A stretch of 63,733 nt of DNA, counting the filler, from Nemertoderma westbladi (lineage: Eukaryota > Animalia > Xenacoelomorpha): assembly GCA_032718475.1 (NCBI GenBank). It is 3 parts of 3 records of this genome, joined end to end, with 100 filler letters (N's around TTAATTAATTAA, not from the genome) between each part and the next. Parts side by side here need not be neighbours in the genome. Positions count along the whole stretch, not along the records: positions 28,339 to 48,830 come from JAUCBJ010004299.1; 2 more parts are not named here. One strand, written 5' to 3'. The notes under the pieces were generated by a model, which did no database searches, had not been told where the DNA came from, and saw only the letters and a list, made by a program, of their open reading frames with translations. The first letter of the stretch is position 1, and each line of letters opens with the position of its first letter. The translations under genes and the position numbers were made by a program. Shown piece by piece: positions 35,794 through 48,305 of the stretch.

Positions 35794-35856
35794 GTCGGAT
35801 TCGAACCTGGGACCTCGAGGTGGAAGCCGAGACTACAACCACTAGGACTCAGGTTC
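35790..35856 (-). ncRNA. tRNA-Gly(TCC)-like Pol III head (SINE-type, probably not a functional tRNA)
   Basis: A box-like (A)GTCCTAGTGG, anticodon-like arm CTCGG-CTTCCAC-CTCGAG, B box GGTTCGAATCC, ends in CCA; acceptor stem does not pair. Confidence 0.7.
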
Positions 35857-35984
35857 TTGAGACATGGAGTATTAATTTCAAAACCAGCTGCCATTTTATA
35901 TTATATTATAATATAATATATTAACATATTGAAAATGTTATAGAATTTATTGACAATACTATTCGCTCCGGCTTTGGTAGCATG

Positions 35985-36850
35985 GATACAGAATGATGCA
36001 CGCCAATTGCGTGAAAGAAGGCTTTGAAAAAAAAAAGGAGGGTGTGCGCACCATATTGCAGTACCTGGATCCAACTGGTGTGGAAATTCGAACCTCCAAA
36101 CGATTGAAACGACGACTATAATTTGCCAAAGGGCCAAATTATTTTTGGCATCTAGATGGATACGATAAACTGAAACCATTTGGTATGCATAAGTGGGTGC
36201 ATCGATGGTTTATCAAGAAAGATTATCTGGTTGAACGTTTACCGAAATGATAATGATTCTAAGTTAATTGCTGGCTATTTTTTGGAGGCTATTATTTCGT
36301 TAAAGGGGTGTCCTATGATTGTACGAGGTGATATGGGAACCGAAAATGCACGAGTCGTAACGATACGCGATATTTGTGGCGCGAGTACGGCTAACCAGCC
36401 CGTTGAATTGTTTTTGGCGATGCTAAGACGGGGCTGCACCGAATATTGGATTGTGTTTTTCACAACCTGCAGGATACGGGATTGTTCAACGTCAGTTATC
36501 TACACAAAAGTGTGGTGCAGTTTTGTTTTACCTTTCTAATTCAAACTGAACTATATAGGTTTGCTAAAGCATGGCAATGACACTTGATAAGATCGATAAG
36601 ACCAAATGTGCCCTCTGGTAGACCGGATGTGATGCATGAGGCGCTACAATTATGGGGTGCTACCGAGCAGAGCCAGTTCACAACAAAAGAAGATATCCAT
36701 AATTCGACAGAGGAAGTGATATTCCGGACAACATCAGGCTATTGTGATAATGATATTTACAATTTTGGCTGAAAACGATTTTCAGCTGCCAAATTCCCCT
36801 TCCAGCGCTCAGAATTTGTATACTTTTTAGTCACCAGCATTGAGGAGGCA
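35985..36850 (+). mobile_element. IS3EU-type DDE transposase fragment (pseudogene)
   Basis: LDPTGVE.R..RLKRR..KGPNYFWHLDGYDKLKPFG..ISGCIDGLSRKIIWL..CPMIVRGDMGTEN..GASTANQPVE..YW, with frameshifts. Confidence 0.75.
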
Positions 36851-37795
36851 ATTGGTGGTAGTGAGTGACTGAACACTGAACTAAGAGTGAACTGAGTGCG
36901 AACTGTGCAAAGCCTTAGCATAAGGGTACCATTAATTAAAGAGTATAGTCGTCAACACAATACTCGTCTCCTTCATTTGCCTCGCTGCTCTCGTTCGTTT
37001 TTGACTGAGCTTCAGATTCTTCTCCATGACCCAAGGTAGGTCTACTGAAGTCTTCCTTAGTTGATTATTATTTACTGTATTGTTATCAAGTTCCCACCAA
37101 CTAGTGCTGCAAACTGAATCAATATTTGACTAGTTTCAGTTCGAATAAATCTATTTATTTCAGTTCCAGTTTCCAAAAAAAAATAGTTTCAGTTCTAGTT
37201 TCAGTTTGAATGAGGCTGTTTAATTAAGTTCAAGTTCCGGAAAAAAAATAGTTTCAGTTTCAATTCAAGTATAATAACAATAAAAAGTAATAAGAAGGCC
37301 TACCGCTGTCATCATATAGAAACTACAATACTGTATATATATTCAGTACTAACTGTATATATTTATATTTATGGGCCAGTGTTGAGAATTCCAGAATTAT
37401 ACGAATATTAATTATTATCCTACAATAACTGAATAATAATTATAGTAGTAGTAATTTTATTGACAGAATATAGGAATAATACCTATATAAACCACCGCAA
37501 GGAAGTGCAGGTAATATTAACATTCGCAATACCTTCCCAAAAGTTAATAATTACAAACTCCGCTGGGAGGACCTGAAAACAGGCCTTTACTTATGCCGTA
37601 ACCGTATGTATAGTAGCAAAGGCTGAACAGAGGCCTACCAGTACTACAGAATAATATTCCAGAATATAATTATTTTATAGCCAATCTCTGACCAACTCCA
37701 TCGCCAAGGGTTATTGCTTTTATCATAGGCTTCTCCCTGCATAGATTACACTACATAAATTACAAGGAATATATCGGGGGAGGATGTGCACGGTA

Positions 37796-38424
37796 CTACT
37801 ACTACTACTACTACTAGGATCGGCATGCTGCATTGCAGCTGCATTTTTAAGAATGCTGTGCCGGCTTATCGACAAAATTGCACCGCCACAACTCCCTATC
37901 ACCCATGACATTTGCTAGATCATCCGCATCAGTGTCCTTTAAGATGCGTCTCAAGAAAGTCATGGGCTGTCCACCATGTTTATTCACTCCATGAGGCTGC
38001 CAAAGTGGCAGCACTGGCTGGTCCTCACGGCGAAGGCAATGTCCTGCAAAGCGGAGGCGATTTTGTTCTAGTGTCAAGCTTGGGGGAACCAATGAGACAC
38101 CTCCAATGTTATATAGTGTCTGGTTGGAGATGTGTGCATTGTACTTGACACAATGAACCCGGTGTAGCATTCTTGTGAATGTGCCATCCAGAGATTTGGT
38201 GTCCTCAGCAGTTAGAGCCCAGCATGGACTCCCGTAGAGGAGTACTGGAACTACTGCTGCTCTAAATAATCGGACCTTAAGTTTCCGATTAATTCTCGGT
38301 GACTTCAAAATCCTGGAAAGCCTATTCAAGGCTGCCCATGCCTTTCCCTTACGTATTCGAAGGTCCTCACCTGACTTCCGGATCCATGATCCCAGGTAAC
38401 AGAAGTCATCCACATGCTCAAGTA
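37796..38424 (-). mobile_element. 5'-truncated RTE LINE
   Basis: VDDFCYLGSW..WAALNRL..VLLYGS..RLRFAGHC; (tag)n tail; 9-bp TSD TGCACGGTA (37787-37795, 38425-38433). Confidence 0.92.
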
Positions 38425-38518
38425 TGCACGGTAATTCAGTCTTCTGAAGCACGGCCTACTTGCCAGTAACTTTGTATAAGGAGAGTTGACATTATAAGAA
38501 TCGTTCTAGCTAAAACAA

Positions 38519-39052
38519 TGTGACGGGATCCAGGAGGGATCCCGATTTATCCGATGTTTAGTTCACGCGTCCCCGCCGTGTGTAAAGAGTAAAATGAGTT
38601 CTGATGTTCGGTGTATATAATGATCAGTCTAATAAGATATAGATATAGGTTGTTGTACACGGAAGGCGGGATACGGTAACTAAAGTCCCGGTCCTTCCCT
38701 AGCTAAACTATCTAACTTAACTAGCACCAATACGATACTGGGATAACTGACTGATATGATTACTGGTAACTGGTTATATTGCACGGTGGCCTTATTGCTG
38801 TACCTAATCGATGCCTTTCCCCCCTCTGATTGGTTGATATCCCTGTTGGCACCCTTTGGAGTGTTTCCCTTCACTCCTTGTGTTCTCTCTCGGTTAGGGG
38901 TTTGGCCCCTGACCCTCCATTGTGTGTTTCTCCTTCCCTTCCCACTTTATTGGGGTAACACGAGGTTGATATTGGTAATCAACCTCGTGCTCCCAATATT
39001 GCTTAATGGCTCACTCTATGGGTTTGTGTTAGCGGAATTGGATAAGCTAACA
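38519..39052 (-). repeat. Element B 3' LTR
   Basis: Direct repeat of 46444-46979, adjacent to the PPT. Confidence 0.96.
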
Positions 39053-39671
39053 CTCCCCCCCATGCTATCTTCCCGGTAAGAAGATAGCATCCAACTAAAG
39101 TGCGCTACAATTCCGCTGGAACTCGATCTATTATCGGGTGTGGGGTGGGGTTATTTTCTTGGAGTCGGCTTTCCAGGCTGCTCCCTATGGGTATGATCTC
39201 ACTACCCTCTGGCGTCTCGTGTCGGGCCGATCGTGCGCTTCTCTCACACAATTTTTGTTTCCCCAACACTCTCGCCACTCTAACTTCGCTCTCTAACTCA
39301 ACTCGCTCTCTCCCCACTCTTACACTCTCCCCACACCTGAATCGCACTCTAACTTCTCGCCAACAGCTCTTCTCACTATCTCATCTCTACTCTCTGCTAC
39401 TCCCTAAGGCCCTAATCTCTAATGCTACCCCTGTGCTATCATACTATCTACCTTATCTAAGGTCTAACTTGCTAACTATCTAACTTCTCTAACTCTAACT
39501 AACTCCTAACTCTACTAACTCTACTCTACTCTCTGCTAACTCTTACTACTTCTAGCTCTAACTAAAAGCCTCTAACTTTCTACTAACTCTAACTAGAACT
39601 CTCTAACTTTCTGCTAAGTCTACTAACTATTTTCTAACTCTGACTAAAATCCTCCAACTAACTCTATCTCT

Positions 39672-40190
39672 ATCTACGTGGCGCTAACGGTGCCCACAAC
39701 CACAACCGGTACTACGTACCCTCTTACTAACTCTATCTCCATCTACGTGGCGCTAACGGTGCCCACAACCACTCTACTACTAACTCTAACTAAAACCCTC
39801 TATCTACGTGGCGCTAACGGTGCCCACAACCACTCTACTACTAACTCTAACTAAAACCCTCTATCTACGTGGCGCTAACGGTGCCCACAACCACAACCGG
39901 TACTACGTACCCTCTTACTAACTCTACCTCCATCTACGTGGCGCTAACGGTGCCCACAACCACTCCCTGCTGCTACTTTCTACGTGGCGCTTCCAGTGCC
40001 CACAACCCCTCTCTTACTACTTTCTACGTGGCGCTACCGGTGCCCACAACCACTCCACTACTACTACTTTCTACGTGGCGCTTCCGGTGCCCACAACCCC
40101 CCTCTTACTACTTTCTACGTGGCGCTTCCGGTGCCCACAACCCCTCTCTTACTACTTTCTACGTGGCGCTTCCGGTGCCCACAACCTCTC
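39672..40190. repeat. Array of ten 29-bp cores (tctacgtggcgct(a/t)(a/c)cggtgcccacaacc) with variable low-complexity spacers
   Basis: Core recurs with spacers of about 15-40 bp in the 3' non-coding region of element B. Confidence 0.9.
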
Positions 40191-40327
40191 TACCACTGCT
40201 ACTTTCTACTAACTATTATTTTAATTATTTATTATTGTTTATTTAAATTAAATAATTATTTTGTGGGAAGGGCGTCTCGCCCTCATTCCCACCCCCCTCA
40301 GTCCAAAATATTGGACGACTAAACCTC

Positions 40328-43300
40328 TTAACTAGGGCGATTCTTCCAACAGGCACTCTCCCACTGCTGCTCTTGTAGGTCCTGTAGGATTCGCCGCACT
40401 CTCATCGCCAATTCCATCTCACCAGGAATTGGTTCTCCCTCTTCTGCCACCCTGAAATCGGGTCTCTCCGCCGCCTTCTTAACTAGCTCATCTCCTGGCA
40501 TCAAAATGCCACCTCTCTCCTTGTTGTCTCCCGCCGGCAGAATGAATAGAAAGTGAAAGAACAGGCAGAACAGAAGGTAGAATAATAGTCCTATCCCTTT
40601 CCATCCTGCCTTCCTTCTCGACTTCCCCCTTGTCGGTATGCCTCCAAACCGGACCTGCGTCTCTTCCGGACACTCCTCTGGACACTCCCCCGGAGTGTTG
40701 TCCTCCGGACACCTCGCCGTCCGCTCCGCTCCATCTCCATACCGATGCTTGCTGGGAAACCTACTCTCCTCTGCCCACTTTCTTACCGTCACCTCCCTAT
40801 TTGGCTCTACTATCTCTTGTATCTCCTCTACTTCCTCTGCGTCTTCGATGCCTGGTATCATGCACCCAGATGTCTCTGTCACACTGCATGGGATGTTGGT
40901 TTTAACTGGGCCGCTAAGCGTCCATCCGAACGGCGTGAGGATCGCCGTCGGGTCCCGCTGCCTGTCTTCGCCGAAGACCGTCTTCGTTCTCTCGTGGGCC
41001 GTCGGGCAGTCCATCCCTACTATAATGGACACCTTCCTAACGTCCACCTTTGGTATTGAGAAATCGATACCGTCCAGGAATCTATATTGCTCGACCTCAA
41101 TGTTGGTTGGTCGCCTGGCGTTGATGTTTATCGATTTGATGATGTGGATGGGGTCGATCGTCGCCCCATAGTCGCATCCCGGTGCAATCGCTGCTATCCT
41201 GCACCGCCCCGTCCTCGTCTCCAGGACCTCATCTTTACTCGAGACGGTAGTTACCGCCATTCTGTTCGGCCTCGTCTTTAGCCCTATCTCTTCGGCCACC
41301 CAGTTCTCCACCAGCGTGAAGGCTGCTCCGCTGTCGACCAGCATTAATGTCGTTACTGATCGACCGCCCTCTCCTGATATCTTTACTGGTACTACCCCGA
41401 GTAGTACTTTTCTCTTCTTCTCCTCTTCTATAGTGCTTGTGGCCATTGCCTGGCCTCCAGTCTCGGACTCTCTGACTGCTGTTTCTCTACACTCTCCGTA
41501 TCTGTGTCCCTCTACCACACATCGATGACATAGTCCGTTTGCGTCTGTGTAGGCTATACGATCTTGTTTGGGCAACGCTTGCCAGTGCTTACAACTCCTG
41601 GTCTTATGTGTTCCGTCCCGATGTAATTGACATTCGAATCCTGGATTATAGCGTTCCCTGTATAGTCCCTCACGTATCGCGCGTAGGTTTATATGTACCG
41701 ATTTAGTGTTTTGGTTGTCTGTATTCGGCCTACTGGGTACATTGGGATTATGTTTATTTATGGTGTTATTTTCTTTCTGTCCCTGCCACGGTGTGGCCCT
41801 ACTCCCAGCTAACTGTGGACTAGCAGTCCCCTGTGTGGCCGCATGTGGTAGTGATTGTCCTACTCTCGGGAATGGATCTGCAGGATCGTGTTCGGGTTTA
41901 TGGCTTGTCCCCAAACTGTCCTCGCTATAGACTGGGTCTGTTATTAATTCGGCTTCATAGTTGAGGAAGCTCGACATCTCTTCTAAGCCCGGTTCCGCAC
42001 CCTTCTTTTCCCGTGTGGAGAAAGCGATTTTCCTCCACTTCCTTCGTAACCAGACCGGCAGTGCCTGCGCTATCGTGGTGATGTTGTTAGACGCGTTGAG
42101 TTCGTATGGTGCGTCTAGCGTCTTTAACACGATTAACGCCTTCTCGACCTTGTTTGCAAAGGTCCTTATGCTAACAGGATTGTCCTGTAGGCCATCCGAT
42201 GTTATGCCTCTCAGGGTTTGCCGGATGATCTTGGCCGGGTGCCCGTATTCCCTATCTAGCACCCGCCATGCTGTCGTGAAGCCGCCCTCGATGCCCTGGT
42301 ATTGCCTCACGATGTCGTATGCTGGGCCTCCTGTATATACTTGCAGATATTTTAGGCACTCCGCCTGCGTCAAGTTCTTACTTAATATTTCGTTACTACC
42401 CAGTGAAAAGTGCGCAAGCGTATCGCAAGCGTGCAACGCAGGCGTATCTCATGTGATTCCCAAGAGTTATGGCCCGACCTTTACGCAAGCGACCTACTTG
42501 CGTTAAGCCGCATAGATATCGCAACAACTTGCGTTAAGTCACATAAATATCGCAACAACTTGCGTCCAGTCACATAAAACACACATGCGATTCACTTGCG
42601 ACTTTCAAGCGTGATGACGCATAAATATCACAAAAATCTACCGGTTGTGATTTTTGTGTAATATATTGAGACCTTTGTGACAGAAAATATGATACAGTAG
42701 TTGATTATTCCACTACTGTTTGATACTATGGGCTTCCATATCATCTGCCTACTGTACTTACAGTACCTTACATTACATTACATTACAATCTCTAGACATA
42801 GAATATTAGACATACGGTATGAATCAATACTAGAAATGGTTGTTAATATACAGGATAATACAAATAGATTAGAATAACCATGACACATTTTTAACTATTC
42901 CCTATAATTTTCAATTCTATAAAATATATTAATATAATCACTGAATTCGACAGCCATATTAGATAATTCATATTCATCAATTTTATATTTTAAAACTATT
43001 TATTTATTGATAGGCAACTTTATTTTAATTAATAATCTTGAGTGTAATTAAAACCATGCGATTCACATGGGAATTAACGCATGATATTCTCATTGTGTAA
43101 AACATGCGTAAAATAAGTGTTAAATGAGGTGTGATTCGCATGCGATTTTCATGCACGGAATCACATGCGTAAAATAAGTTGTGAATCGCATGCGTGGAAT
43201 CGCTTCCCTATTTTACATGTGAATCACATGCGAATCACAAGAGTTTTATCGCTATTTATTGACCCGCAATTAAAACGCATGTCGCATTAAAATCACTTGC

Positions 43301-46300
43301 GATACGCATGCGCATTTTTCACTGGGTATACATGCGCCGAAACTGTAGATATTCTTCCGGCCTACTCCCATCGAATTTAAATGGTTCCACAGGTGGTAAC
43401 TCGATCCTAGTTTTTAACGCATCGATTAATGTGGCCATCCCCATCGCCTGCGCTTCCAATGGGTTCGATGGATGTTGTATAGTTTCTCTTGCTGGGTACG
43501 GTCCGTTCACCCTATCTGCTGTTGACTTTGCTTGTTGCGTCGGGTATATCATTGTGGGTAACGGCCCCCTCCATATTTCCGTGTCGCACGATCTGCTCTC
43601 GTCCAAGGGGTTCGATGTTCTCGCTCCTATTGGGGTATATTGTTGATATTGTGATGGGGGAATGTCACCCTGTCCCCCTCCCACCGGTATGTTTGGTACT
43701 GGGGTTGATGTTAATATATTGGGGCCCATACATCTATCTGCAATAATTCCCCCCTCCCCTGGATATATGTTGTGTCCCTGGAAATTATAGTCATGCTGCT
43801 GTACCGGTACCGATATAGGCCTATTCACTTCTTGCCTACCTACCGGTATGTACTCCGCGACTTCCGGGTTTAATCCCGTCGTCCGCGCTACCCTATCGCC
43901 TACTCTATCTCTCCCAGCATGGCCTATAATAGTATGTGCAGTAAGGCCTACAGTATGTCCTGCAGTCTGCATGTGCCCTTCCGAATCGAAGTTTATTCTT
44001 CGCGAATCTCGAATCTCCCCGCGACTACCGTACTCTCGATCGGCAGCTATATCACGTCGGGAAGTTTCCCTTCGATCCCCTATCCTGCTCTCGTCTTCGT
44101 ATCGGTACATCCTGTACCCCTCTCTTGGCGTGCGGTGCGTTTCTCCGGGGCGACGGCAATCTCCCGAAGTTCGACCCCACTGACTCCCTACCTCCATCTC
44201 TACTATCGACGGCTCGCTATCCGTCCTCGCTCTCCGGTTGCTCCTAGCAACGACTCTTCTATTATCTTCCCTTCTTCTCTCTTCGACCTCTCGGTTAAAC
44301 TCTGCTAATCTTCTTCTATCTTCGACCTCTCTATTATACTCTACTAATCTTCTCCTATCTTCGACCTCTCTATTAAACTCTACTAATCTTCTCTCTTCTG
44401 ACTGGGCTCGACGTTCCGTCGCCCGCCCTCTCGCGACGTCAACCTGTCTCTCTCTGCTCGATCGCACGCCGCTGGGGATACTCGCAATCCCCCTATTACT
44501 CTCCGTCGCCGGGTGTTGCGGTTTACCTAATTCGGCCCGCGCATTATCCGCTGACGCCTGTGGGACACTCTCTGCCCCCCCTCTCTCGCTACTAATCTCT
44601 CGTGGTGGGGCGCCCGTAGCCCCCCCCCCCCCCCCCACCCGCCACTTCTAACTTCACTATCTCTTACTACAATTCTGCGTCCCTCTTGTCGGACATTTTC
44701 TACCCCCCTTCTCTCGCCACTAACCTTCCGTGGTGGGGCGCCCGTAGCCCCCCCCCACCCGCCACTTCTAACTTCACTACCTCTTACTACACTTCTACAC
44801 CCCTCTTGTGGGGCATTCTCTGCCCCCCCTCTCTCGCCGCTAATCTCATGTGGTGGGGCGCCCGTAGCCCCCCCCCCCCACCCGCCACATCTAACTTCAA
44901 TATCTCTTACTTCGTCTCTACACCCCTCTCTAGTCGACACACTGTCTCTACTGCGGCCGGGTCTATTCACCCCCGCCTCTCTCTCTACTACTGCGTGGCC
45001 TACCAGGCCCACCTCGGGTTGGCTCAACCGCGCCACTTCCTGCCTACTAACTACGTGGCCTACCAGGCCGCCGTCTGCCGGGCTATACACGTCTGACGCG
45101 TTCACATTAATAGCACCATTCCCAATATTATTTGTTAAATCAATTAATTATTAGAACCATTAGAATTTGAAACGGGATTATTATTTAAATTATTTTGTGT
45201 ATTTAGATTTAAACTATTTGAATTATTTTGATTATTCTGAATATTTGAATTAATATTATTATTTGAATTTAAACTTAAATTACTACTACCGGGTAAAATA
45301 TTTCCTGTAATAAAGGGATTAGGGTTATTTACTACGGTACTATTAATACCAATATTTCCTAACGCACTACTACTACCCCCCTCGCCCGTACGGTTACTGT
45401 ACGTACTGTACGTGTACCGCACGCTCTGTTCTCTTGCCTCACGCTCTTCGCGTTCACTCTCTCGCTCCTTCCTTCCCCTCAGTCGCCACTCTAATTCTTC
45501 AATTTTTAATTTATATGCAGCCAGATTTATCTCCTGCACCCTTCTTTCTTTTGCGGAGGATGTAGCAGACTTATCGGTTGCGACGGACTCCCGCCGCCCC
45601 TCCGTCCTACCAACTTTCCCCCGCTTTCCGGGGTCCTCGCTGACCGACGAGACCGAATCCTCGGAGCTAACCTCGGATTCGCCCTCGTGCGGTCCCGCCC
45701 AACCCACTAACTTAACTTCCCTGGCATCGACTAAGTATGGCCCTATGTACACTACACCAGGCCCCATACCCCTACGTTCCCATAGCCCAAACAGTTCGAT
45801 GGCAACCCCTCTCGCTCTCTCGCTGGCTAGTTCTCCCTGGCCAGAACGCACTAGGTAATCAAAGTATCTGTTCGACTCACCTAGTCGTCTCCTCAACTTC
45901 ACCTGGTCTATCTCAGCCCCTCCTCTAGCTTCCTTCAGTTGTTCCCGGGTCGCGGCGTAGGCTCGTCGAAGTCGATCAGAAACCCCGACATCCTCGTCGC
46001 CGACCTCTCCTCCATCTCTCCGGGTTCGGCGTCGTACCGGCGGCCCCACCGTTGCCGTTCCGGTGGGCCGTCCGTCGCCCTCGGTCTGTGGCTGACCGGC
46101 GACATCGGTACGTCGACCCTCGCTCCGCGTCGACTCGTCTTTCTCCTCTCCCGTCTCACTCTCTCCTCTACTCGACTCGCTCTCTCGCTCGTAGACGACC
46201 CCCCACATCTTGGTTCGCCGGGTTGCTCGTTATCGACGTGGCGTCAACCGGCGTCGACGTGGTCGACGTAGCATCGACCGGCGTCGTGGGTTCGTATCGT

Positions 46301-46374
46301 CTCGCCGTGGCCTCGCGGATCGTTAGATCGTCGTCCGGGGTCCGCGGCGGTGTCGTTCCTCTCTCTCGACTCAT
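40328..46374 (-). pseudogene. Gag-protease of element B, interrupted by frameshifts and a DNA transposon
   Basis: FKFDGSRPEEYLQF / LKYLQVYTGGPAYDIV..AWRVLDREYG; CQLH..H..C and CHRC..GH..EC; VLLGVVPV..LVDSGA; IIVGMDCP..TPFGWTLSGP. Confidence 0.88.
42399..43326. mobile_element. Non-autonomous EnSpm/CACTA-like DNA transposon (928 bp) inserted in gag of element B
   Basis: TIRs CCCAGTGAAAA(G/A)TGCGCA(A/T)GCGTATCGCAAG, 2-bp TA duplication; removing it restores the gag frame. Confidence 0.82.
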
Positions 46375-46443
46375 CTTCGTCTTTAGTGATTGGTGGCTGG
46401 TGGTTATTGAGTTTATCCAGGGCAGCAGCACGGATTTAGTTAC

Positions 46444-46979
46444 TGTGACGGGATCCAGGAGGGATCCCGATTTATCCGATGTTTAGTTCACGCGTCCCCG
46501 CCGTGTGTAAAGAGTAAAATGAGTTCTGATGTTCGGTGTATATAATGATCAGTCTAATAAGATATAGATATAGGTTGTTGTACACGGAAGGCGGGATACG
46601 GTAACTAAAGTCCCGGTCCTTCCCTAGCTAAACTATCTAACTTAACTAGCACCAATACGATACTGGGATAACTGACTGATATGATTACTGGTAACTGGTT
46701 ATATTGCACGGTGGCCTTATTGCTGTACCTAATCGATGCCTTTCCCCCCTCTGATTGGTTGATATCCCTGTTGGCACCCTTTGGAGTGTTTCCCTTCACT
46801 CCTTGTGTTCTCTCTCGGTTAGGGGTTTGGCCCCTGACCCTCCATTGTGTGTTTCTCCTTCCCTTCCCACTTTATTGGGGTGACACGAGGTTGATATTGG
46901 TAATCAACCTCGTGCTCCCAATATTGCTTTATGGCTCACTCTATGGGTTTGTGTGTTAGCGGAATTGGATAAGCTAACA
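46444..46979 (-). repeat. Element B 5' LTR
   Basis: Direct repeat of 38519-39052; sense-strand AATATAA followed by Inr-like TCAGT. Confidence 0.96.
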
Positions 46980-48157
46980 AACAACGTACCAGTGCAGTAG
47001 AGTAACTTAGTTCTTTCAACATTTTTTTTTACTTAATTATTACTAAGTGTTAGTAGTAGTTTGTTGTATGTTGAATTCTGAGCTGAAATGTTTAGGTTGG
47101 GTTATCTGTCAATTTTGACATACATCGATACATGTTCACAATTTTCATCATAGAATTAATGTAGAAGTAAATTACCTTATATTCCACCCTGAAATTGTTT
47201 GTTTGGCAAATTGGCATCCTACTGAATGTACTAGTCTGGCTGTCTTCGCCTTGCGTTCATAAATAAAATAATAATACAATGAGTCGGCCTACACAGTACA
47301 TATACAGTACAAATTATTTGCATCGTTTGCAGTGGCTCAATGTATTTTTCCAGTTTCCGCAATGACTTCAACTAGCCAAGCCTGCACAACCGGCAGAAAG
47401 CAGACATCAGCCATTCGTTTATTCTACAAGAGGGAGAGTTGACGTTTTTGTTGTCATTATGTAAAATGATGATGATCAACAGTGTGAGTTTCAGTCAAAG
47501 TGTGCCAACGGTCCAAGTAATTTAAAAGAACATTTAGAGCGGCGTCACCCAATACTATACGAAAAATTTAAATCGGCCGAGAAAGACATATTAAGTATAA
47601 AAGAAGCAGGGGCAATAAAAAAAATCCAAGCTTCAAGCTCAAACTGGTTCTTTAGATGATTATTTAACAACCGTAAAGAAGGCACAAGTTTCAACTGGAG
47701 AAGGAGAATCTCTCGTGCCCATGTAGTTTCCAAATCAACAAAAACTGGTTTTGATATAGGCCTAAGTGACATATCTTTTGTTTTTTTATTCCCTGGGGGG
47801 GGGGGGGGGGGGGGCAATATTGTAATTTATGTTTACATTTATTTTCAATTTATTACTTCCAGTTTTCAATTTTCAGGAATTTTTATTACAGTTCTAGTTC
47901 CAGTTCCAGTATTTCAATATATCACGTTTCAGTTCTAGTTTCAGTTCAGTTGTAAAAAAATTTAAGTTTCAGTTCCAGTTCAGAAGAAATGCCAAAAACA
48001 ATTTCAGTTCGATTTCAGTTCCAGTTCAGTTTCAGTTCGCACCACTACCACCAACATCAAAGTATGAATTCGGTCTTGGTAGCATTTATATGCAATCCAA
48101 CCTTTTTATGATAAAAAAAACAATAATTAAGTGGGGGGGGGGGGGGGGGGGGATGTA

Positions 48158-48305
48158 GGACAATTCAGTCCCGGACGATTCGGTCCGGACAATTCGGTGA
48201 CGGACAATTCGGTCCCAACACACTAAATAAATGGGACCGAATTGTCCGGGACCGAATTGTCCTAGGAACGAATTTTCCTAGTACCGAATTGTCCGGGACC
48301 GAATA
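48158..48305. repeat. Short MITE-like element with about 15-bp subterminal repeats in inverted orientation
   Basis: ggacaattcggtcc(c) repeats followed by gggaccgaattgtcc repeats; another copy begins just before the gap at about 48814. Confidence 0.6.

Larger units (their letters stand above)
35508..35899 (-). mobile_element. tRNA-headed hammerhead retrozyme/SINE-like repeat, copy 1
   Basis: Homologous to 62989-63414 but circularly permuted; contains tRNA-like A/B boxes and a hammerhead core. Confidence 0.8.
38519..46979 (-). mobile_element. BEL/Pao-derived non-autonomous LTR element B (Gag-protease only)
   Basis: TG...CA LTRs at 38519-39052 and 46444-46979 with about 3 differences; perfect TSD AACAA (38514-38518, 46980-46984); PPT at 39053-39061; gag and protease homologous to element A; no RT, RNase H or integrase core. 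Confidence 0.93.
37102..48047 (+). mobile_element. Non-autonomous hAT DNA transposon containing nested RTE and LTR insertions
   Basis: 17-bp TIRs TAGTGCTGCAAACTGAA / TTCAGTTCGCACCACTA, perfect 8-bp TSD CCACCAAC (37094-37101, 48048-48055), subterminal tttcagtt repeats at both ends, BED-finger remnant C..SNLKEHLERRHP at about 47480-47560. Confidence 0.88.

Noticed and set aside
35790-35856. Functional tRNA-Gly gene
   Set aside because: Acceptor stem does not pair and the sequence is part of a dispersed repeat; treated as a SINE-type head.
39672-40190. CRISPR-like repeat-spacer array
   Set aside because: Spacers are low-complexity, partly duplicated and uneven; no cas genes; lies within a eukaryotic LTR element.
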